NCBI GenBank assembly: GCA_002269645.1
Contig: NIVC01001776.1
Span: 213,990 to 277,989, forward strand
Origin: Macrostomum lignano
Taxonomy: Eukaryota
Direction of reading: 5' to 3'
Length of the DNA: 64,000 nucleotides
A program made the position numbers and the translations under genes. The notes beneath the pieces are model-generated. The model made no database searches and was not told the DNA's origin. It saw nothing but the letters and a program-made list of their open reading frames with translations. This document shows positions 44,552-55,967 of the stretch, one piece after another; the stretch's first letter is position 1, and the number at the start of each line of letters is the position of its first letter.

Positions 44552-47500
44552 TTATAATCCGCCATTGTTTTGGCTGCTGTTAAGACTGCTGGCGCCGCTT
44601 GAGTACCCGTCCAAGTCTTGCTGATGCTGCTGCTGTCCTTCGCCAGATTTCAAAAAGTACTTTTCAATTTTAGCTATAATATGCTTGCCGTAGGTGAACT
44701 TCCTCAGCCCGGGTATGTGCGGCCGGATCCGGTGCATCAGGGCCTTGCGCTGGCCCGGATCCGCAGCGTCCAGCATCCGCTGGATGACGTAATTGGCAAA
44801 CTGATCCTTCATCATATTGTACAGAGCTTGCGGATCCGGATCGTCCAGTATTTCGGCTATCAAAGCCTGGCGCTCCTGTCGACTCGAGTGGGCGACCACT
44901 TTTTCAATAACATTGCTGGCGAATTTGTGCGACGATAGCGAAATGAATTTGCCGCGCAATAGGCTCACGATGCGGCTCTTGTCTTCCGGCTTGCCGTGCT
45001 CCAGCACGTGCTGACATTGAGGGAGGGGTGAGGGTTGGGGGTCATTTAAGGACAGGGGTCATTGAAGGTTAGGCATGCAATAATACAAGGGTCATTTAAG
45101 GACACGCGTGTAATACTACAGTGGGGTCATAGTAATACTATAGTGGGGTCGTTTAAGGACACGCGTGCAATACTGCAGTGGGGTCATTTAAGGACACCCG
45201 TGTAATACTGCAGTGGGGTCATTTAAGGACACCCGTGTAATACTGCAATGGGGACATTTAAGGACACCCGTGTAATACTGCAGTGGGGTCATTTAAGGAC
45301 ACCCGTGTAATACTGCAGTGGGGTCATTTAAGGACACCCGTGTAATACTGCAGTGGCGTCATTTAAGGACACCCGTGTAATACTGCAATGGGGTCATTTA
45401 AGGACACCCGTGTAATACTGCAATGGGGACATTTAAGGACACCCGTGTAATACTGCAGTGGGGTCATAGTAATACTATAGTGGGGTCGTTTAAGGACACC
45501 CGTGTAATACTGCAGTGGGGTCATTTAAGGACAGGAGTGTAATACTGCAGTGGGGTCATTTAAGGACAGGCGTGTAATACTGCAGTGGGGTCATTTAAGG
45601 ACACGCGTGTAATACTACAGAAGGGTCATTTAAAGGCATGCTTATAGTACTAGAGGACATTTAAGGAGACTAACAACAATAAAACAGGGTTTATGTAAGG
45701 ACGCATACAACGCTACATGGGTAATTCAGGTGCATTAATAGGTAAGTTACATACGTGCACATAGCATTGGTAAATTTAATAATGACACCCACCAAAAAAT
45801 GATAATAGCTCGCACGACTCACCTGAATCACGTAGTTTCCGTACTGATCCTGCACCAGGCGCTCAGTGTACTGATGCAATTCGTCCAGTATTGGCTGGGT
45901 TTGGCTCGGCGTGCAGTGCTCCAGTATGCGTTGGATCACGCGGCAACCGTACGGATGAGTGGACAGAGAGAATACCTGAAGAGGAAACCGCAAGCGAATT
46001 TGTATCAGATTCTATGAGATTTCGAATAAAGACAATTGGTGATTTGAAGGCCGGACTTGGATAAAGACACGGGGTGATTTGAAGGCCGGACTTGGATAAA
46101 GACACGGGGTGATTTGAAGGCCGGACTTGGATAAAGACACGGGGTGATTTGAAGGCCGGACTTGGATAAAGACACGGGGTGATTTGAAGGCCGGACTTGG
46201 ATAAAGACACGGGGTGATTTGAAGGCCGGACTTGGATAAAGACACGGGGTGATTTGAAGGCCGGACTTGGATAAAGACACGGGGTGATTTGAAGGCCGGA
46301 CTTGGATAAAGACACGGGGTGATTTGAAGGCCGGACTTGGATAAAGACACGGGGTGATTTGAAGGCCGGACTTGGATAAAGACACGGGGTGATTTGAAGG
46401 CCGGACTTGGATAAAGACACGGGGTGATTTGAAGGCCGGACTTGGATAAAGACACGGGGTGATTTGAAGGCCGGACTTGGATAAAGAAAGATCCTAGGCG
46501 ATTTAGGTCCAGAGTGGGTATTTTATCTGAGCGATTCAAAATAAACTTACCTCATTCTTAAACGCGTCGATAATAAAGTCCAGATTACTTGGCTCAACGC
46601 ATTCGATGCACTTTTGTACAACGTGATTGCCATTCTGATCTTTGACGCACTTTATCACGTTACCGTCCAACTCTTTGGCAATTTCCACCTGCTGGTCGGA
46701 GGACACGGACTCCAGGGCTTTCTGAATAACCCGACAGCCGTACATCTGCAGCGCCAGCGACAACACCTGACCGCGAAGTCTACTAGCCAGAATCTGCCGC
46801 TGCTCTGGTGTGCCAAATTCGAAGAATTTCTGAATCACGTAATTGCCAAACACGTCAGTCATTAAGCTGTAGGACTGCGGCAGCAGCTCGCCGAATACCT
46901 GCGTCTTCTCTTGAAGGCTGGCCGATTCCAGCTTCTGTTGGATGAACCGCGAGCCGTGCTGGTCCTGCAGTGCGGGAATATTATGGTCATTTGTCTGTCC
47001 ACCCCGCTCTGCCACAGCTCCTGTCTGTCTGCCCATCCCGCTCTGTCGCAGCTCCTCTGTCTGTCTGTCCACCCCCTCTGCCACAGCTCCTGTCTGTCTT
47101 TCTGTCTGTCCACCCCGCTCTGCCACAGCTCCTGTCTCTCTGTCTGTCCATTTCGCTCTGCCACAGCTCCTGTCTTTCTGTCTGTCTGTCCACCCCGCTC
47201 TGCCACAGCTCCTGTCCGTCTGTCTGTCTGTCCACCCCGCTCTGCCACAGCTCCTGTCTGTCTGTCTGTCCACCCCGCTCTGCCACAGCTCCTCTCCGTC
47301 TGTCCACCCCGCTCTGCCACACCTCCTCTGTCTGTCTGTCCAGCTCGCTCTGCCACACCTCCTCTGTCTGTCTGTCCAGCTCGCTCTGCCACACCTCCTC
47401 TGTCTGTCTGTCCAGCTCGCTCTGCCACACCTCCTCTGTCTGTCTGTCCACCCCGCTCTGTCACAGCTCCTGTCTGTCTGTCCACCCCGCTCTGCCACAG

Positions 47501-48454
47501 CTCCTGTCTGTCTGTCCACCCCGCTCTGCCACAGCTCCTGTCTGTCTGTCCACCCCGCTCTGCCACAGCTCCTCTCCGTCTGTCCACCCCGCTCTGCCAC
47601 ACCTCCTCTGTCTGTCTGTCCAGCTCGCTCTGCCACACCTCCTCTGTCTGTCTGTCCAGCTCGCTCTGCCACACCTCCTCTGTCTGTCTGTCCAGCTCGC
47701 TCTGCCACACCTCCTCTGTCTGTCTGTCCACCCCGCTCTGTCACAGCTCCTGTCTGTCTGTCCACCCCGCTCTGCAACAGCTCCTGCCTGTCTGTCCACC
47801 CCGCTCTGCCACAGCTCCTGCCTGTCTGTCCATCCTGCTCTGCCACAGCTCCTCTATGTCAATCCCAACACGTCAGCTACACAGCGCCTCACCAGAGCAA
47901 ACTCAACCACGTGACCGGCGGCGACCAGATCTTTCAAACTAAGATTGGGCAGTCGGTTCTGCCGGAAATCTTCCAGCAGGCGAGACCGGCCAGCAGCAGC
48001 GGCAGCAGCCGCCGCAGTCGCGGCATTGGCAACAGACATTGGCGAATCTTTAGACGGCCCCAGAGCGCCGCCTCGATGCATCAGCTGATGATGATGATTA
48101 GACGATCGCATAGGAGGATAATTCTGGTGATGAGCTGGTGGGGGCCAAACAGACCAGCGGCGTTGAATTGCGACATCATCTGAGGAGGCTGGATGGGAGC
48201 AGCGACTGTTGGATGCTGCTGTTGCTGCTGCTGCTGTTGAAGAGACGGCGGAGGCGGAGGCGGCGGCACGGTCATCGGAGGTGGCGGTGAGGAGCCAAAA
48301 TAATCGATCAGCGGATGATGAGGGAAGACAGTTGAGTCGGCAGTTTGGCCAGGAGTGGCGCTGCGCTGCTGTTGCAGCAGCATCTGTTGAAAGGAATAGT
48401 TATTATAAGCTGGCATGAATTGGTGCGGCTGCGGAGTTGATGGCGCTTGAGGCG

Positions 48455-48485
<31 letters not shown>

Positions 48486-51074
48486 ATCTCTGTCAGTGAA
48501 GGTTCCAAACGGATGCTGCTGATGATGCATCGATGGCGGCGGGGGCGGAGGAGGAGGCGGCGAAAACACGACGTGCTGCGGATGGGCGGCCAGCGGAGGC
48601 GGAGACTGAGCAAGCAGCTGATGACGAGGATGATGATGCTGCTCGAATAGGCCCAGCTCGCCAGACTCCGGCGGCGTGGACGGCATGAATGCCGCACCGT
48701 AGGCGGTTGCCGGGTGCTGCTGTTGTTGCTGTTGGTTCTCCATCAACCGATGATGCTGGGCCATGAAGCTACGCTGAAGCTCGCTGTAGTGCTGCTGCTG
48801 GTGCTGCTGCTGCTCCAGCAGGCTGACATATTCGTGCGGCTGTATTGGCCCCGTTGCTAAGCCGTTGCTAAGGCTGTTCTGCTGCTGCTGGAAGTGTTGC
48901 AACGGATGTCCAACGCTATTTAAAGGAGAGCCGCTCTCTAGCACCTGGTCAACTATCTGGAGGCCCGTTGCCATCAGGTCTCTGCTGTTAGGAGACAGGG
49001 CGTCCTGCAGCAGCGATTGGGCAGAATTGGGCGGATTGGTGAATATGCAGTAAGAGTTAGGTATGATAAGCACGAGTATAGACAGACTAACTGACTTACA
49101 CAGATACTAAATACCCAAACACAGGTATTTATTATACGCATAGCCATGCACACAGACAGACTGAAACAAAACCGAAGACAGATAGGAACAGACAGACAAA
49201 CAGGCATCCACAGACAGACAAATAGGCATCTACAGACACAGAAGACAAACAGGCATCTACATCTAGATACAGACAGACCAACATGCATCTACAGAGACAA
49301 ACAGGGATGCACACAGACAGACAAATAAACAAACAGACAAACAGACATGCACACAGACAGACAGATAAACAAACAGACAAACAGGCATGCACACAGACAG
49401 ACAGATAAACAAACAGACAAACAGACATGCACACAGACAGACAGACAAACAGGCATGCACACAGACAGACAGATAAACAGACAAACAGGCATGCACACAG
49501 ACAGACAGACAAACAGGCATGCACACAGACAGACAGATAAACAGACAAACAGGCATGCACACAGACAGACAGACAAACAGGCATGCACACAGACAGACAG
49601 ATAAACAGACAAACAGGCATGCACACAGACAGACAGACAAACAGGCATGCACACAGACAGACAGACAAACAGGCATGCACACAGACAGACAGACAAACAG
49701 GCATGCACACAGACAGACAGATAAACAGACAAACAGGCTTGCACACAGACAGACAGACAAACAGGCATGCACACAGACAGACAGATAAACAGACAAACAG
49801 GCTTGCACACAGACAGACAGACAAACAGGCATGCACACAGACAGACAGATAAACAGACAAACAGGCATGCACACAGACAGACAGACAAACAGGCATGCAC
49901 ACAGACAGACAGACAAACAGGCATGCACACAGACAGACAGACAAACAGGCATGCACACAGACAGACAGATAAACAGACAAACAGGCATGCACACAGACAG
50001 ACAGACAAACAGGCATGCACACAGACAGACAGATAAACAGACAAACAGGCATGCACACAGACAGACAGACAAACAGGCATGCACACAGACAGACAGACAA
50101 ACAGGCATGCACACAGACAGACAGACAAACAGGCATGCACACAGACAGACAGATAAACAGACAAACAGGCTTGCACACAGACAGACAGACAAACAGGCAT
50201 GCACACAGACAGACAGATAAACAGACAAACAGGCATGCACACAGACAGACAGACAAACAGGCATGCACACAGACAGACAGACAAACAGGCATGCACACAG
50301 ACAGACAGACAGATAAACAAGCTAACAGACACAGGCAGACAAGGCACGAACAGTGAAACAACATGACTGACAATCAAAGAGCGAGCGCAACGAGCTGCAT
50401 AAATGGCTCGCTCTCTTCAACCAGACACCAACCTGAAAAGCGGCAGAGGCACCGCCGGCACCGCTCAGGCCGCCGCCGCCTCCAGCTCCTCGTCTTCCGC
50501 CGCCAACATCGATCGGCTGAGAGATGGCGTGCTCGCTGCTGCTGCTACCGATACCTAGGCTCGGGTGCTGCTGCTGCTGCTGCTGCATCAGATGCCTCCG
50601 CTGCTGTTGCTGCTGCTGCTGCATCAACTGAGGACTCGACGGCCAGCCTCCGCCGCTGCCAGCCATGAACGGTCCATCGGTGACGGCCGGTGCACCCCAG
50701 GCAGCTTTCGGCCCGCCCGAGGCCCCCGCAACGCCGCCAGCACCGCCTCGACCCTGCTGGTCCCAGATATTCAGCCTGCCAAACCGGCTAGCAACATCCA
50801 GATCTCCGGCTGCTTCAATCGTTGAAGCTCCACCGCCGCTGCTGCCCCATCGTTTATCGTTGGCAATGCCGCCAGCAGCGTAGATTGCTGGATCGATGGC
50901 CCCTGGTCCGAATTGTTGGCTCAGCTGCTGCTGAGTGGCTCCGGGGAACTGATAATGTGACTGTTGAAAAGCTGACGGAATCCCACCGCCGCCACCGCCG
51001 ACATCCAGCAGATGAGGACCAGTGGAACCGGCTGGCGGTGTTGGCACCGCGCCAGCTCGCATTCGGTCTGTCAT
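44552..51074 (-). CDS. PUM: Pumilio (PUF) RNA-binding protein, ~926 aa. Exons 51074-50433, 49004-47893 (needs +1 nt near 48140), 46964-46551, 45975-45823, 45010-44552
   Basis: [21 protein letters not shown] then eight PUM repeats with recognition motifs SRFIQ, NYVIQ, CRVIQ, NHVVQ, CRVIQ, NYVIQ, SNVIE, NYVIQ. All junctions GT..AG, phase 0. Q/H/P-rich N-terminus. Confidence 0.97.
45040..45640. repeat. 35-bp minisatellite (gtaatactgcagtggggtcatttaaggacacccgt), Pumilio intron 4
   Basis: Tandem array. Confidence 0.94.
46030..46487. repeat. 35-bp near-perfect minisatellite (gatttgaaggccggacttggataaagacacggggt), Pumilio intron 3
   Basis: ~13 identical units. Confidence 0.97.
46990..47855. repeat. 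~28-33-bp minisatellite (ctgtctgtccaccccgctctgccacagctc), Pumilio intron 2
   Basis: Tandem array. Confidence 0.95.
49145..50335. repeat. ACAG-based composite satellite (acaggcatgcacacagacagacagacaa), Pumilio intron 1
   Basis: Tandem array. Confidence 0.96.
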
Positions 51075-51376
51075 TACTGTTTTCCTTCTTTCTGTCGTTC
51101 GACTGTGATCAAAATGATGCTAGAGAGGATGTTTTTCTTTCACCAAATCCCAAAATCCCCCCAAAGACTCCCCAGTGGAATTGACTGATTGAAATTATCG
51201 CCTCAACAAATTGTGTATCTTTTTAGCAGACTTTCAATCAATTTCTATATATTGAGCAGCAAAGTATAGAGCAGAAATGTTGAAAACATAACCTTGATCA
51301 TAACTTGATTTAAAGAAATAGATGTATATAAAGTGCCAATATAAACAGTGCATAAGTGTATAGAAATAACTTCCTA

Positions 51377-51650
51377 GGGGGTTGTAACCCAATGGTTAGA
51401 GCGTTGAACTCACGACTTAAAGGTCAGGGGTTCGATTCCCGTTCCACTGGAACAGTTTGTATCTTTGAGCAAGACACTTAACTCTGTATTGATTCAGTTC
51501 ACCCAGCTGTAAAATGGGTGCCAGCATTAGCTGGGGTAACTGAGGCTGTGTGGCGACCCCCCAGTCCTTGGACTGAACAGCCGTAGAGTCTTCAATAGCT
51601 GCAGCTGAGCTGTTGGTTGCACATCTGGCCCAATTGGGGCAGGTGTAATA
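51377..51650 (+). mobile_element. tRNA-derived SINE with CORE-like domain, copy 1
   Basis: A/B boxes (aatggttagagcg; ggttcgattccc), then tttgagcaagacacttaactctg..ttcagttcacccagctgtaaaatggg, similar to the MIR CORE consensus; second copy at 59088-59365. Confidence 0.85.
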
Positions 51651-54600
51651 AAAAATGAGACACCATTGCAAAGTGTCTATATAGGTGCTAACTTTGGATT
51701 GTCACTAATTTCCTACAAATCAGAGTGCTCCCCTCCATTATATCTGTTGCTACTTACAAATTTGAAAGATAATAAAAATCTAGCCTATTTAAGGTCATAT
51801 TGAGCACTTTGGATCTACCATTGCTATTAACACCTATCTTTGCAGGTGAATGGCTATCTTGATAGGTGATGACAAATAGCCTATAGAGATATAACATGAT
51901 TAGGATAGGATATAAGCCAAAACAAAAAAGTAAAGTTCTAATACTTCTAGAGTCAAGTATTAAGGCCTAGCCTAGAATGACTAGGCTGGGGTTTAGAAGA
52001 GGATAATACAAGTTTTTCAATTTGTTGTGCAAGAAATATTATGCATATGTATCACTAGCTGAGCCTATTATTGCTCATTATACTAACTATAGTATTTTGA
52101 TACTCATTTTGTTTTGAGATTTATATTATACCTATCCAAGATATTCTAATTAGTCTTATCTGGCTGGGGTTTAGAGGCCTAGCCTAATCTAGGCCTAGCC
52201 TAGCCTAGAATCTAGGCCTAGCCTAGAATAGCTAAGCTAGGGTTTAGAGGAAGATAATACAAGTTTATTAATTTGTTATACAAGAAATTTTGTATATATG
52301 TATCACTAGCTAAGCCTGAATTGTATATATTTTCAGCAAACTTGAGAAAACAATTTCATTCTTTGAAACGAACAATCTTGAATTCAAATTGAATCCAGCC
52401 AGAGTTTGCTGACCCCTGGCTCATGTGATAGAAAATAATAAAATAGTTACTAACCTAACTGGTATATTGACCAATCAATTTTGAAGCGACAGTCAAACTA
52501 GACAAAGACCAAATCATTGAAAATTGAAATAGAATGGCTTGAGTTTAGTTTTGTGTGTTGTGCAACTTGGGATGCTATGTAAGAGGTAAGCAACTAATGT
52601 ATAACATTTTAGTTAATTAACTAACCTTTGCATTATTAACTTTTGTTGCTGAATTTGAAAATTTTTAAGTTTGCTAAGTTTTTCAAGTGATTTTTTCAAT
52701 TTCTACAAAAAATAGAAATTCTATATGGTCAAACAAGTTGTGTGATTTGGTCTTTTATTTGATTGCAGTGTGAATGAGCCTTTAAGACTAGCAATTTTCT
52801 ATTCCAGTTTTCTACTCAAAAATATTTTTAAATATAAAAACAAAAAACTCTTTCTCTAGCCTCTTATAGTATTATATTTTTGCTCATAACTTGTTTTTGT
52901 TATTAATTTTTGTAAATTATTATGATTATGAAAGAGTTGCTAGGCCTACTATAGTGCTGCTATAAAATTATATAAGATATTTGGATTATTAGAACAAGAA
53001 ATATAGCTATGCCTATAGGTCCTAATAAAAAGTAATAGGCCTTGGGTGGGACAGCCGGCGCATGACCAAGATAGCCACACAAGATGGCCACACACCAAGA
53101 TAACTATAGGCTATAGCTCTAAGTGTCTAAATAGATAATAATAAGCCTAGGTCTAGGTCTATATATTTCACTTATTTCCTATTCATTATTGGTAATAATT
53201 AGAGAAATAGATAGGCCTACTAAAAAGATACAATATTGAAATTGTATAATATTAGGCCCCTAGGCCTTAGTTATTGTCATTCCTTTGGCTTTAGCTTTTA
53301 TAATAATAGCTTAGGCCCTAATTTATAGATATTTATTCACCCATTGGCATTACCAATTACCAAAATAAATACCTTGCCTTATTGCATATTTATCTTAATT
53401 TTTGTATAGCATTACTAGAAGCAATGGTTTTTTAATAAACAGATAGTGATAGATTTAATAGATGTAACGATAAGGAATAAATTGGCGTAGGCTAAACAGT
53501 GAAAAAGATAAAAGTTTTTGTATTATAGGTAATTAATTAGTTTCAAATCTATTATTGCATTAGTATTTATGAATATGATTGATTAAACATAATAATTAAT
53601 ATAACAATAGCTACTATGTTGCTAATTAATGATAAAAAGAGAGCAGAGCCAAATATATTCAATGTTGTGGCCATCTTGGTCTTACACCGGACAGCCAGAC
53701 AGGGACTGCCCTCTTAATTAAAGAAAAAACTTGAGCTAGGCCCAGGCCTATTCCTTAGACTTAGACCTAATGTCTAGGCCATTTCAATGACCAAAATTTT
53801 AGTGACAACAGGAACAAGATGCTGTTTTATACCTTTAAAGCTAAAAAAGTTCTATTGCAATTCAGAACTCGAGGATCCATCTATCAACGTGTCATGCATT
53901 TGCTCAAAAACTAAATTTGGATCTGTGTGAGTGTGTGTAAGTATTAATAGGCCAAAGTATATAAAATGTTTGGTAATCTTAAGATTAACTGTATAACTTA
54001 ATGGGGGCAAAGTTATTCCTATCTGGCTAATTTAAAGTAGAAATATACTGCGCTTGGCTCGGCACTGCCATTTGCACATGTCACGTGGAATTCGATTGGA
54101 TTGGAAGTGGGCAGAAGTAAAATCTCAGATCATGTATTTATCCAGTCCCCAGTCCAGACATACTATACTAAATCTCTACCATCTTTACCCTGTCTGTGTA
54201 ATTTCTATCCACACTTTAGATTAGATTAACGTGAATACGATAAAGTATATCTCTAGTCTAACTAATATAATATTTTACTCTGTCGATCTGTCAGTATTTG
54301 GGTTGTTTAGAGCGCGCCGCGCCGATAGTTCGCGAAGAGAACGATAAGCGAGCATTCAAATGTATTCCGGATTAGCCTCCAGTTTTAACAACGAAACTTA
54401 TCTGATTTATAAAAACTATTTTAATAACATTTACATCTGTTTTTGTGTACTCGTTTGATGTAACGTTCGAATTTGGCTTTTAGACAAAATATTCCTTTGA
54501 CTTGTAAAAAGTGTAACTTCCTTTTTTGGTTTACATTAATTCGTGTTTTTATTCCGTCCCATGCCATTGGGATGGGACCTGGCCCCTGGGTCAGGATTGC

Positions 54601-54934
54601 ATTGTAATGCACAAGGTATTCCAAGAATCGCTGGATGAAATCATTACTAGCTGTACGCTTAATACTTCACAGTTTACGGACCAAGTTATTTTCACAATAT
54701 ACAGGCCCGATCTTCAAGGAATTTCTAGTTATTGCGCGCTTGCCAAAATTTTCACACGATGTAGTCCATAACCAAGGCAAGGGACACCATCGCATTGGTG
54801 AATGGGTGAATGTAAATGTCCTTATTACTAATCTACAGATGCAGATCGTCATTCCCTCAGCAGCACGGTGAGCCAAACGGCTGCGCTGTTAAAAGATTAG
54901 ACGAATTGTCGAATCGTATCTTTAACCACTGATA

Positions 54935-55079
54935 GGCTCTACAGTGAGAGCCCTCAAATATTGCACTAGGCTACGGTATTTCACGCATCCTGTGCGGGGT
55001 ATTGGGTATAGTTTTCAACTAGCAATAACCGCACCTCGGGTAAACCTCATTGGTTACGGTACTGCCACTGCGCAAAGCT
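54935..55079 (-). ncRNA. RNU4: U4 spliceosomal snRNA (~145 nt)
   Basis: Minus strand reads AGCTTTGCGCAGTGGCAGTACCGTAACCAATGAGGTTTACCCGAGGTGCGGTTATTGCTAGTTGAAAACTATACCCAATACCCCGC, matching human U4 5' half with compensatory stem changes. 3' hairpin gctct..agagc; 3'-box-like GTTAAAGATACGA downstream. Confidence 0.96.
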
Positions 55080-55967
55080 GAAGTTTAAGTTGTTGCCAAA
55101 GACTTGGTCTATCAAAATATGTAATGCTTATTTCTCAAAATGCGTTTTCGTAGGAAGAATGAAATTTGCTTCACCAGTAGTATTATTTGCGCATAACTTA
55201 TTTATTTCTTATTTTTGGCTTGAAGCTGCTACACACAGTACTTAATTATCTGGGAATTTACAATGAAAAAATGCAAGGGCACGAAATGTTCAAAATGCTA
55301 CTGTTTAGGAGGGCTTATAAATCAACTGTCAGACCTGTGTTTCCGTATCTGATATATCTACTCGTTTCAGTACAATTTTAATGGAAAATATATTCAGTCC
55401 AGAGCGTTGCAGTAAGTTTGTGTTATTGTACTCAGAGCTGACCAAGCGAAGCTGCTTTTCCACTGTGACCAATTCTTTAAGCAATCTCTGGAACGCAAAC
55501 TGCACTCAGGTTAAGATGCAGTTTTCCAAACTCAAGCTCAATTGCCTTCACTGACCTTTCTTAATTAACCCCCCAACAGACACAAAGTAGGAGTGATGTA
55601 AGCAGGTCACCGCACACTTATAATACTGCATTCAGCTGGCCTCTCCAATTGTGATGCGAGAGTAGATCGAGGCAGAGTAGATCGAGCCAGTCTCGCGAGC
55701 TGCGATATATTGAAAGCCCACACGCTACATTCAATTGTATTGCAGTAAAATAAAGCTTAAGTTGAAAGATAATATAACCCCCCCCCCCCCGGAAACAACA
55801 CTGTGTTTCAGCGGTTAAAATACGCTGTACCTAGAATAATAGAACGACCAAGCAAGCCTGTAAACTACTAAGTTTGATAGCGGCTGCAACGCAAAGCAAA
55901 TTACTAATTATTTGATAATTAATCCAAGCTAGAAGAGCCGATTTTACAATCCAGAAATTAGCACAGA

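Noticed and set aside
46536-47846. 436-aa ORF fusing a repeat peptide to PUM repeats
   Set aside because: The N-terminal part is intron-2 satellite; the true exon starts at acceptor 46964.
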